Source: Terriglobales bacterium
Lineage (GTDB): Bacteria > Acidobacteriota > Terriglobia > Terriglobales > Acidobacteriaceae
Assembly: GCA_025927855.1 (NCBI GenBank)
Contig: JAICKN010000001.1
Span: 1 to 46,864 of the forward strand
Direction: 5' to 3'
Length of the DNA stretch: 46,864 nucleotides
Shown here piece by piece: positions 17,517 to 26,095 of the stretch (positions within the stretch are counted from its first letter, which is position 1; each line of letters opens with the position of its first letter). The notes below the pieces were generated by a model. The model had not been told where the DNA came from, made no database searches, and saw only the letters and a program-made list of their open reading frames with translations. The position numbers and the translations under genes are program-made.

Positions 17517-18353
17517 CTAGCCTTTCCGGCTTTTTCTTCCACCGGCGGCCGCGGCTGGCTTTTCTCCGGTGGCGGGCTTCTTCTTGCCTTCCATTTCGGC
17601 GAGACTTTGCTTGAGGGCCGCCATCAGGTCAACGACGGGTGCAAGCTTTTTGGGCTTTTCCACTTCGGCGATTTTGCCGCCTTCCAATTTTGTTTCAATG
17701 AGCTTCTTCACATTTTCCTGGAAGGTGTCGTGGTATTTTTCCGGGTCCCAATCTGCGGAGAGCGCTTCAATTAACTGATGCGCAATCTTTACCTCTGAAT
17801 CTTTCAGCTCAACATCCGGCGCTCCAAAACCTTCCACCTGCCGCACTTCTTCTGCGTAGTACATTGTGTGCAGCATGATTCCACCTTCGTGAGGCCGCAA
17901 AAAGACGGTGTATTCGCGGTTGTGCATGGTTAACTTGGCAATGGCCACATAGTCGCTTTCTTCGAGCGCCTTGGTGAGCAGCGCATAGGGGCGGCGTCCG
18001 GCCTCTTCCGGCATCATGAAATAGGAAGATTCAAAATAGACGGGATCCACGTCCGCCGCTTTCACAAACTCCAGAATCTCCATGGTCTTGGCGGTCTTGG
18101 GTTCAATCTTCTTGATCTCATCCGGTTCAACAACCACATATTCGTCTTTGCGGTACTCGTAGCCCTTCACGACTTCGTCTCGGCTGATCTCGCGATTTTC
18201 TGCTGAGCAGAAAAGCTTTTGCTTGACCCGCTGCAAGTCATCGCGGTGCAGCATGTGGAAAGAAACGCTGGAGCTGCGCGCGCCGGAAAATAACCGCACC
18301 GGCATGGAAATCAGGCCGAATGTTAAATATCCCGACCAAACCGAAGAAGCCAT
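17517..18353 (-). CDS. ku: Ku DNA end-binding protein (NHEJ)
   Basis: N-terminus MASSVWSGYLTFGLISMPVRLF and a Lys/Arg-rich C-terminal tail. ATG 18353 is preceded by AAGGAGG. The ORF-track start at 18410 adds 19 implausible residues. Confidence 0.9.
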   Translation of the reverse strand: MASSVWSGYLTFGLISMPVRLFSGARSSSVSFHMLHRDDLQRVKQKLFCSAENREISRDEVVKGYEYRKDEYVVVEPDEIKKIEPKTAKTMEILEFVKAADVDPVYFESSYFMMPEEAGRRPYALLTKALEESDYVAIAKLTMHNREYTVFLRPHEGGIMLHTMYYAEEVRQVEGFGAPDVELKDSEVKIAHQLIEALSADWDPEKYHDTFQENVKKLIETKLEGGKIAEVEKPKKLAPVVDLMAALKQSLAEMEGKKKPATGEKPAAAAGGRKSRKG

Positions 18354-18565
18354 GTTTACCTCCTTACTGCAAACTGGCACAGATGCAGGCCATAAGCCCG
18401 GGCAATGCAAGAGTTTAGATCACATTCTGCACATTTGTTGATGCTTATATAGCTGGAACCGTAAATCAAAGCCCAAGCTATGGGCACCTGAAAAAAGTCA
18501 TACCTTATGTGGCGTTTTTCAACGAGGTTCCTGGGCCACTCCCAACCGCTGGCCCTAAAAACCGC

Positions 18566-19273
18566 CTATTTTGCTAAAGAAATTCTTGCGGGATCAAGCG
18601 GCACATCACGCTGGATCACCATCTCCACGGTCGCCCCCGGTTCAAGATGCACATCACTGCCGCGGCTGAATAGCGCGATCATGGCTCCGGCTGCCCCGCC
18701 GACCCCGGCACCGATGCCCGCGCCCTTTGACCCTTCGCTCAATCCGCCGATCACCGCTCCACCGGTTGCGCCCGTTGTTCCAGATTCAGCCGCTTTGGTG
18801 ACTTTCTCTCCCGTCTGGCCGTTCTCTTCGATGGTGCCTTCTTTGTCTTTCATGTTGGTCTTGTCGGCTCCGGGGACATTTTCAATTGAACCCGGCAACA
18901 GGACCGTATAGCCGCTTGGATAAATCAGCGTATTGAAGTGCATGAGGATCTGCGCCCGGCCCTTCATGTGGCCGGCGCGCTGCACATGGGTGATTTTTCC
19001 CTGCACGTAGGTTCCGGCGGGGATGAGAACGCGGTCGTTTAATACCACGGGGAAAACTGTTTGTGCATAGACGGAATCGCCTTCGCGCGCGCTCTTTGTG
19101 GAGATGCCGGCTTTTAATGAGACCGGAACTTTTGTCCCAGATGGAATTACAAGCTGATTGCTCGCCGTAGAAGTTTCAGCACTCGGCTGCGTGATTTGAG
19201 GCGAGGAGGATTGCGCCATTGCCGCCGTTGCGAAAAAAGCAGCCATATAAAGCAATACCCCACGACACAGCAT
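18566..19273 (-). CDS. Secreted hypothetical protein with a Gly-zipper segment
   Basis: ATG 19273 is preceded by GGAGGGG. Signal peptide MLCRGVLLYMAAFFATAAMAQS. Gly/Ala-rich stretch GTTGATGGAVIGGLSEGSKGAGIGAGVGGAAGAMIAL. The ORF-track extension to 19522 is Cys/Arg-rich and unlikely. Confidence 0.7.
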   Translation of the reverse strand: MLCRGVLLYMAAFFATAAMAQSSSPQITQPSAETSTASNQLVIPSGTKVPVSLKAGISTKSAREGDSVYAQTVFPVVLNDRVLIPAGTYVQGKITHVQRAGHMKGRAQILMHFNTLIYPSGYTVLLPGSIENVPGADKTNMKDKEGTIEENGQTGEKVTKAAESGTTGATGGAVIGGLSEGSKGAGIGAGVGGAAGAMIALFSRGSDVHLEPGATVEMVIQRDVPLDPARISLAK

Positions 19274-19415
19274 CCGCCCCTCCAAAAACTCGCTGAATCG
19301 AATGTTATCTGAATCTAGCCCGGTTTTCGAGAACCTGAAAGGTCGGATGCAAGCCGGGTTTGATTGGTTATTCCAGAGATGGAAGAGAGAACACGATGAA
19401 TCAGCAACTAGAATC

Positions 19416-19676
19416 CTACAACCTTTTAAGCTGATTTTGCCGCACGTTGCCCATAAATTGCGATTGCAGCTTCTGCGCGCACAATTCACCGCAAACGTGC
19501 AGGCTGCCTTCTTCCTCAGCAATCTTTTCGTCCCATGGGCAGAGGTACAGGAAAGGAATATTCTGGTTGGCGAAAGAGGTCCACATTAACCACCAACGGT
19601 CATTCTCGCGCTTGAGCACGCCGCAGTTGGGCCCGGCACAGCGGTAAAATTTATCGGACGCGATAGAGCTTGCCAC
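19416..19676 (-). CDS. Small Cys-rich hypothetical protein (possible zinc-binding)
   Basis: 86 codons with a GTG start preceded by GGAGAG. Cys pairs CAGPNC and CGELC; the latter (HVCGELCAQKL) resembles the FCSxxC half of TRASH/zf-FCS motifs. Confidence 0.5.
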   Translation of the reverse strand: MASSIASDKFYRCAGPNCGVLKRENDRWWLMWTSFANQNIPFLYLCPWDEKIAEEEGSLHVCGELCAQKLQSQFMGNVRQNQLKRL

Positions 19677-19756
19677 CTTCTACTCTCCGCATTTCCACGT
19701 AACCAGCGGAAAGCGCAAAGATTTCACCAGCATTGTAGCGAATTTTCGACTCCGCC

Positions 19757-22129
19757 TTACTTGTAAATCAGGTACTTCTCACGCAGCTTCTCAAAACTTT
19801 CCAGCCCGTCCTGCCAGTCGGCGGCGATGCGGCGCGGGTCTTCATCCTGCCGGATGGCGTTGAAGACGCTTTCGTTCACCAGCAATTCTGGCATGCGCTC
19901 CATGTGGTACTGCTCGGGATAAAGCTTGTGCAAGGCAGACGCCAGTTCAATCCCCAACTCGGGTGCATCCAGATCGTTGCGCTCAGTCACCATCAGGTTC
20001 ACGCCTTCGCACCTCCGGCCCGCATAATTGCTGCCGGCAGGAGTAAAAGCTATCGGTACGAAGCGCACTCCGGAAATTTCACGGGCATTCAGATAAGCGG
20101 CCAGCTCCCGGGCGTTGATCCACGGTGCGCCCAGCAATTCAAAGGGAGTGTCAGTACCACGGCCCACAGAAACATTCGTGCCCTCCACCAGCGCCACCCC
20201 GGGATAGAGCGTCGCCTCCGTCAAACTGCGCATATTGGGCGAGGGATTGATCCAGGTGAGCGAAGTGGAATCGTACCAGTCGCCTCGAATCCAGCCTTCC
20301 ATGGGGACCACGGTCAGCTTCACATCAATGTGGCGCTCCGCGTTGAACATCTTTGCCAGCTCGCCCATGGTCATGCCATGGCGCAGAGGCGTGAGTCCAT
20401 AGTTCACAAAGCTTTCGTGCCCAGCATCAGGCATAGGGCCTTGGACAAATGAACCAGTAATCGGGTTGGGGCGGTCGAGGACAATAACTTCAATTCCGGC
20501 CTTGGCGGCAGCTTCCAAAAAATATCCCAGCGTGGTTTCGTAGGTGTAAAAGCGTGCGCCTACATCCTGAATATCTATCACAACGGCATTGAGAGTTTTA
20601 AGAACATCAAGCGACGGGCGGCGCGCTGCGTCACTTGCGCCGTACACGCTGTAAACCGGAATTCCGGTCGCGGCGTCTTTCGAGTTGTTGATGTCGGTTG
20701 TATCGAGCGCCCCGGTGACTCCATGCTCCGGGCTGAAGATCGCCTCTAAAGAAATGCCGGGGGCATGCGCCAGCACATCAATAGTCCGATGGCCCTCTGC
20801 ATCTACTCCCGTTTGATTCGTCAGCAATCCGATTTTGCGGGGAGATGCGCTTCCCTGCAGCGCTGCGAAATTTGTGCGCTCGAGCACATCTATCCCGGTC
20901 AGAACATTGCCGTTGCGTACAGCAACTCTCCGCGCCGCGGTTTGGGTCTCGTTGTACCCGGTAATATTTTTCCAGCGTAATACTTCTTTTTCATCCGGCG
21001 TTAATTTCAGGTCGGCTGCAACTGCATTGGCGACTTTGGCGCGAAGCGCGACCGCGCTTCCTTTCCCGCGCGGATGAACGGCGTTGGCCAGCAAAATAAT
21101 GCAAGTTTGCGTGGCCGGGTCTATCCACATCGAAGTGCCGGTAAATCCCGTATGCCCGAAAGAACCGACCGGCAAAAATGCTCCCCGGTTGCTCGAAAAA
21201 GGAGTGTCAATGTCCCAGCCAAGTCCATGCAGCACCTGGGCAGTAGGCGGCTGCTGCGGCGAAGTCATTTTCTCGACGGCCAGGGGAGAAAGGATTTTCC
21301 CGCCGCCGGTCAGTATCGCTTGCGCAAATTTGGAAAGATCATCTGCGGTGGAAAACACTCCGGCATTTCCGGCGACTCCGCCCATGCGGCGCGCCGTAGG
21401 GTCATGCACCACTCCGTGCAGCATGTGGTTATGCTCGTCATATTGGGTTGGAGCAATTTTTGGCAGCCACGACGCCGGAGGCAGAAAACGGGTGTGCGTC
21501 ATCTTTAATGGCGCGAAAATATTGCGTTCGCAGTATTGCTCGAATGGAAGGCCGCTCACGCGCTCCACCAGCGCGCCAAGTGTTATGAAATTGATATCGC
21601 TGTAGAGAAAGCGCGCGCCCGGCGGGTTTTCCAGCGGAGAAGCAAATGCCATGCTGTACCCGGTCGCGCGCCCCTGCCATGGGGCCACCAGGTCAAGGTC
21701 CTGCGGTAGCCCGGAATAGTGCGTGAGCAACTCGCGGACGGTTACGTCCCGCTTACCATTCTGCGCAAATTCGGGAATATAGCGGACGACTGGATCATTC
21801 AGGCGCACCTTGCCTTGCTCGACCAGTTGCATCACGGCGGTCGTAGTTGCAACCACTTTCGTCAAGGAAGCGATATCGAAAATCGTGTCGGTAGTCATCG
21901 GCGTCGGGCGAGGCTCGAGCGATCTGTACCCGAATGCCCTCCGGTAGACGACCTCTCCGTTGTGCCAAACCAGCAGCACCGCGCCAGGGACCTGCCCCTC
22001 GCGGATGGCCTGCTCCGCAATGGAATTGAGATTGTTAAAGGAACTTACCGAAGGGTTCGAAAGGCCTGTGGACGAGATCTGTTTCTGCGCGAGGCTACCG
22101 GCGGATGCTGCTGCGGCCAGAAAAAACAC
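19757..22129 (-). CDS. Fusion protein: N-terminal beta-lactamase-fold serine hydrolase (AmiE-like) plus C-terminal DUF1343/NamZ-like exo-muramidase domain
   Basis: N-half has SxxK (ASLTKVV), YSD and HTG motifs of the PF00144-type fold. C-half, from about VLTGIDVLER...KIGLLTNQTGV, matches the DUF1343 (NamZ/YbbC) pattern. The annotated GTG start truncates an apparent signal peptide (see findings). Confidence 0.85.
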   Translation of the reverse strand: MFFLAAAASAGSLAQKQISSTGLSNPSVSSFNNLNSIAEQAIREGQVPGAVLLVWHNGEVVYRRAFGYRSLEPRPTPMTTDTIFDIASLTKVVATTTAVMQLVEQGKVRLNDPVVRYIPEFAQNGKRDVTVRELLTHYSGLPQDLDLVAPWQGRATGYSMAFASPLENPPGARFLYSDINFITLGALVERVSGLPFEQYCERNIFAPLKMTHTRFLPPASWLPKIAPTQYDEHNHMLHGVVHDPTARRMGGVAGNAGVFSTADDLSKFAQAILTGGGKILSPLAVEKMTSPQQPPTAQVLHGLGWDIDTPFSSNRGAFLPVGSFGHTGFTGTSMWIDPATQTCIILLANAVHPRGKGSAVALRAKVANAVAADLKLTPDEKEVLRWKNITGYNETQTAARRVAVRNGNVLTGIDVLERTNFAALQGSASPRKIGLLTNQTGVDAEGHRTIDVLAHAPGISLEAIFSPEHGVTGALDTTDINNSKDAATGIPVYSVYGASDAARRPSLDVLKTLNAVVIDIQDVGARFYTYETTLGYFLEAAAKAGIEVIVLDRPNPITGSFVQGPMPDAGHESFVNYGLTPLRHGMTMGELAKMFNAERHIDVKLTVVPMEGWIRGDWYDSTSLTWINPSPNMRSLTEATLYPGVALVEGTNVSVGRGTDTPFELLGAPWINARELAAYLNAREISGVRFVPIAFTPAGSNYAGRRCEGVNLMVTERNDLDAPELGIELASALHKLYPEQYHMERMPELLVNESVFNAIRQDEDPRRIAADWQDGLESFEKLREKYLIYK

Positions 22130-22244
22130 AAGACCGAAAGCAGCAAAAACGCGGCCGAATCGCCTGCTGTACGGGTTTGTTTGAATGCGAGGAATACTCT
22201 GAATTTACACAAGCGCTCTCCCGCGCTCAAGAAACTACCGCGCT

Positions 22245-23483
22245 ATGCCGTTTGCGTTTCGGGTTACCTTTACCCCGGCGTGGGGAGTTTGTTATAAACC
22301 GAGCATCAAGAACAGGTCCAATCCGGCGGCGAATATTGGCCGGGAAGTCTCCCAGGCTGAGGATTTCGCCGGAACTCTGCCATCTGCGGCTTTAACTGTT
22401 GCTTACCAAGATCAAGACCGGCAATTTCAATTAGCTTTTTCCGTTCTGGAGAGGGCTGTAGGCGAACATGCCTTTCCCGGCGCTTGCGCTGGAGTGGTGT
22501 CCCATGGACGGTTGACCGCGCTCAAAGCCTGCGGAAGTTTCACTTATGATGCAGCTTCGCCTGCGGTCACAACCGGGAGCATCTTTGACCTGGCATCGGT
22601 TTCCAAAGCGGTGGCGACGGCAACCATCGCCATGATTCTTTTTGAACGCGGAATTCTCGATCTGGAGATGCCGCTCGCAGCCATTGTTCCGGAATTCACC
22701 TCCGTCTTAAAAAGCGACCCGCGAAGAAAAGCAGTCACCCTGCGTATGCTGCTCGCCCACTCTTCGGGACTCGCGGCCTATGAAAAATTGTTCCTGCGGG
22801 CGAGAACAAAGGAAGAGTTGCTGGCCGCGTGCTTCGAGTCGCCGCTTGTGGTGGATCCGGGTTCGAAGGCCGAATACAGCGATCTTGGCTTCATTCTTTT
22901 AGGACTTGCGCTGGAGCGCCTCGCTGACGAACCACTCGACCGCTTCTGCCAGCGGGAAATTTTTGGGCCGCTCGGCATGGCCAATACCATGTTCACTCCC
23001 CCGGCATCCCTGCGCGCGCAGATCGTTCCTACCGCCGATGACGGTGCTTTTCGCCACCGCGTGATTCAGGGAGAAGTGCAGGATGAAAATGCCAGCGTTC
23101 TAGGGGGAATTGCCGGCCATGCCGGAGTTTTTTCCACCGCCCATGATCTGGCAATCTTTTCCAATGCGCTTTTATGCGGAGGCGCGCCGCTGGTGCGGCC
23201 GGAAACGTTAAATCTGTTCACGCGCCGCGAACCTTCGCCTGTCGGCACGTCGCGGACTCTGGGGTGGGACACGCCTTCCTCACCATCGCAGTCCGGCCAA
23301 TATTTTTCTTCTAGCTCGTTTGGCCATCTGGGATATACAGGAACTTCGCTATGGCTCGATCCGGAGCGCCAGCTTTCGATAATCTTGCTTACGAACCGTA
23401 CATGGCCGGATTGCAGCAATCAGGCGATCAAGCAGGTGAGGCCGAAATTTCATGATGCGGTAATTGAAGCATTGGAAAGATAA
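22245..23483 (+). CDS. Beta-lactamase-fold serine hydrolase (AmiE/EstB-like), no signal peptide seen
   Basis: SxxK motif DLASVSKAVAT, YSD (AEYSDLGF) and HLGYTG (the KTG-equivalent). The exact start is uncertain because the first ~50 residues are atypical. Confidence 0.8.
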   Translation: MPFAFRVTFTPAWGVCYKPSIKNRSNPAANIGREVSQAEDFAGTLPSAALTVAYQDQDRQFQLAFSVLERAVGEHAFPGACAGVVSHGRLTALKACGSFTYDAASPAVTTGSIFDLASVSKAVATATIAMILFERGILDLEMPLAAIVPEFTSVLKSDPRRKAVTLRMLLAHSSGLAAYEKLFLRARTKEELLAACFESPLVVDPGSKAEYSDLGFILLGLALERLADEPLDRFCQREIFGPLGMANTMFTPPASLRAQIVPTADDGAFRHRVIQGEVQDENASVLGGIAGHAGVFSTAHDLAIFSNALLCGGAPLVRPETLNLFTRREPSPVGTSRTLGWDTPSSPSQSGQYFSSSSFGHLGYTGTSLWLDPERQLSIILLTNRTWPDCSNQAIKQVRPKFHDAVIEALER

Positions 23484-23557
23484 GCGCCACGATTGTTCTC
23501 TGTGTCTCTGTGCCTCAGTGTTTTTTTCACTTGGCAGCAAGTTAAGATTGCAAGCTT

Positions 23558-24487
23558 ATGACGCAAGGTCCGAAAAACTCAGCGCTGGGCAGGCTCACCA
23601 CCGAGCAAACAAATCCCGCCTCCGGCGATCTCGACTTAAAATCCGCGTTGGAAATTGCGCGCATTATTAATGCCGAGGACGCGAAAGTTGCAGCAGCGGT
23701 TGGACATGTGCTGCCCAAAATCGCTGCTGCGATAGATGCCATTGCCATTGCGCTCAAAAATGGCGGACGCCTCATTTACGTTGGTGCGGGTACCAGCGGC
23801 AGGATTGCGGCGCTCGATGCCGCCGAATGTCCTCCAACGTTTCAAACTGATCCGAAGAGCGTCCAATTCGTAATTGCCGGCGGCAATAAAATGCTGGCCC
23901 GCGCCGGAGAAGCCAACGAAGATTCCCGCACGTTGGGGCAACAGGCCATGACGAAATTAAAGCCAGGCAAAAAAGACGTAGTGGTCGGTATCGCCGCCAG
24001 TGGGCGCACCCCGTTCACGATTGCCGCCGTCGAGTACGCTCGCAAGCGGGGCGCTAAAACTGTAGCCGTTGTCTGCAATGCCAACTCTGCGTTGGGCAGA
24101 GCCGCTGAAATCGAAATCGCCGCCGAAGTTGGGCCGGAGGTGCTTTCGGGCTCGACGCGTATGAAGGCCGGCACAGCGCAGAAGATGATCCTCAACATGC
24201 TTACCACCGGCGCTATGACCCGCCTTGGATATGTCTATGGAAATCTGATGGTCAACGTTAATTTAAATAATAACAAATTGCGCGAACGGGGAATTTCCAT
24301 TCTGCAAGCTGCTGCTGGAACTACCCGCGAGCAGGCGCAAAAAGCTCTCAAAGCTGCGGGCAACAGCGTCCCCCGGGCATTGGTCATGCTGCAATCGGGC
24401 GTTTCCCGGCGCGAGGCGGAGGCCATGCTCAAGGCCACCCGTGGAAATGTTCGCCTGTCCATTGCTGCCGCTCTGGCACATAAGTAG
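23558..24487 (+). CDS. murQ: N-acetylmuramic acid 6-phosphate etherase MurQ
   Basis: SIS-domain signature GAGTSGRIAALDAAECPPTF and a C-terminal helical tail. Confidence 0.9.
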   Translation: MTQGPKNSALGRLTTEQTNPASGDLDLKSALEIARIINAEDAKVAAAVGHVLPKIAAAIDAIAIALKNGGRLIYVGAGTSGRIAALDAAECPPTFQTDPKSVQFVIAGGNKMLARAGEANEDSRTLGQQAMTKLKPGKKDVVVGIAASGRTPFTIAAVEYARKRGAKTVAVVCNANSALGRAAEIEIAAEVGPEVLSGSTRMKAGTAQKMILNMLTTGAMTRLGYVYGNLMVNVNLNNNKLRERGISILQAAAGTTREQAQKALKAAGNSVPRALVMLQSGVSRREAEAMLKATRGNVRLSIAAALAHK

Positions 24488-24496
24488 AACCTTTAG

Positions 24497-24521
24497 AGAT
24501 TGCTTCGCGCTCAATCTTTTT
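24497..24521 (+). terminator. Weak intrinsic terminator candidate after murQ
   Basis: AGATTG-(9 nt)-CAATCT followed by TTTT. The stem is short and AU-rich. Confidence 0.35.
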
Positions 24522-24673
24522 CGCTCAACCCAGAGTCGGTGCCCTTCCGATTAACAGCCTAAGGCTTCGTTTCTTGGCATTCCCCATTAAAATGAGAACT
24601 GCCGCTTTTGGGGAGCGCAAGAGTCCTGAATTAAGCCCAACACATCCAAATAGATCGGGAAAGTGCCAGTCGT

Positions 24674-25969
24674 ATGGATAAATTTGTAATTCGCGGTGGA
24701 AATCCGCTGCTCGGAACCGTACACGTGAGCGGAGCAAAAAACGCCGCTCTGCCCTGCATTGCCGCCGCATTGCTCACAGAAGATCCGGTCATTCTGGAAA
24801 ATATTCCGCAGGTGCGTGATATCGAAACCACGCGCAAATTGCTCTCCGCCATGGGTGCGGAAGTTGAGCTTGGCTACGGACGGGCGCAGCACCGCACCAG
24901 CATCTGCGCAAAAAAGCTGGCGAGTCCTGAAGCTTCTTACGAATTAGTGAAGACGATGCGCGCTTCGACGCTCGTGCTCGGTCCGCTTGTGGCCCGTTGC
25001 GGCCATGCGCGTGTTTCCCTTCCGGGCGGCTGCGCCATTGGAGCGCGCCCCATTGATCTGCACATTAAAGGCCTGGAGCAACTCGGCGCAAAAATAACGC
25101 AGGAACACGGCTATGTGGAGGCCCGGACAGACCGCCTGAAAGGCGCGGAAATTGTTTTTGACAAAATCACCGTCACTGGAACCGAAGACCTGCTGATGGC
25201 CGCCACTCTTGCCGAGGGCGTCACCGTCATGCGCAATTGCGCCCGCGAACCGGAAGTTTCCGATCTCGCCGATCTTCTGAACAAAATGGGAGCGAAAATT
25301 GACGGCATCGGCACTTCGACCCTTCGTATTCAAGGCGTCGAGAAACTGCGCGGGGCCAAGCACAGAATTATTCCCGACCGCATTGAGGCGGGCACCTTCA
25401 TTATTGCCGGAGCGTTGACCGGAGGCGACCTGAATGTCGCAGGATGCGATACGAAACATCTGGATGCACTCCTCGATAAACTTCGCGAGGTAGGCGTAAA
25501 AATTGTAAGCAATGGAAATTCCGTCCGCGTCATGGGTGACAACCCGCTCAAGGGCGCCGACATTACTACGGAAGAATATCCTGGCTTTCCCACAGACATG
25601 CAGGCGCAATTCATGGCCCTCGCCACGCAAGCCGAAGGAACATCCGTCATTACGGAGAATATCTTTGAGAACCGCTTCATGCACGCACAGGAGCTGCTGC
25701 GGATGGGCGCCAATATCAAAATTGAAGGCCGCCGCGCCACCATCAAGGGCAAGTCGCCTCTAAGCGCCGCTGCTGTGCTGGCATCCGACCTGCGGGCTTC
25801 AGCTTCTTTGGTATTGGCGGCCCTGGTTGCCGATGGCGAAACCATTATTGACCGCGTCTACCACATTGACCGTGGCTACGAGAATATTGAGGAAAAGCTC
25901 CGGGGCGTCGGCGCCCAAATTAAACGCATTGGTGAAATGCTGCCGAAACGGGGCACAGCCAGCGCCTAG
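24674..25969 (+). CDS. murA: UDP-N-acetylglucosamine 1-carboxyvinyltransferase MurA
   Basis: [28 protein letters not shown]-terminus and the catalytic-Cys loop [15 protein letters not shown]. Full-length at 431 aa. Confidence 0.95.
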   Translation: MDKFVIRGGNPLLGTVHVSGAKNAALPCIAAALLTEDPVILENIPQVRDIETTRKLLSAMGAEVELGYGRAQHRTSICAKKLASPEASYELVKTMRASTLVLGPLVARCGHARVSLPGGCAIGARPIDLHIKGLEQLGAKITQEHGYVEARTDRLKGAEIVFDKITVTGTEDLLMAATLAEGVTVMRNCAREPEVSDLADLLNKMGAKIDGIGTSTLRIQGVEKLRGAKHRIIPDRIEAGTFIIAGALTGGDLNVAGCDTKHLDALLDKLREVGVKIVSNGNSVRVMGDNPLKGADITTEEYPGFPTDMQAQFMALATQAEGTSVITENIFENRFMHAQELLRMGANIKIEGRRATIKGKSPLSAAAVLASDLRASASLVLAALVADGETIIDRVYHIDRGYENIEEKLRGVGAQIKRIGEMLPKRGTASA

Positions 25970-25986
25970 CTTGCGGGTTCTCCCGC

Positions 25987-26015
25987 GGTCCTTACGCGAC
26001 TAGGACCATTTCTTG
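25987..26015 (+). terminator. Terminator-like hairpin after murA
   Basis: GGTCCT-(9 nt)-AGGACC followed by ATTTCTT. It is preceded by a second small hairpin, GCGGG-TTCT-CCCGC. Confidence 0.35.
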
Positions 26016-26095
26016 ACCAGTCCGGCTGGCATTTTTGGTACATAGATGTTCACTTCGCATTGCTCGCAACCTTGCGGATGTGTTAAAAGCCCTAC

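Noticed and set aside
17517-19273. Ku next to a protein with vaguely VirB10/TrbI-like beta-rich repeats, as a hint of a conjugative or mobile element.
   Set aside because: No relaxase, coupling protein, VirB4 or integrase is present. The resemblance is weak, and the protein looks like a common secreted Gly-zipper protein.
18566-19522. Long N-terminal extensions in the ORF track (18566-19522, 17517-18410, 35883-36530, 32545-33213, 34905-35288).
   Set aside because: Each has an internal ATG with a good SD, followed by a sensible N-terminus (a signal peptide or a conserved family N-terminus). The extensions are compositionally odd, and one would overlap the neighbouring small ORF.
24944-25684. 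246-codon ORF antisense to murA.
   Set aside because: Same reasoning. MurA is full-length and highly conserved on the plus strand, and the antisense translation is low-complexity.
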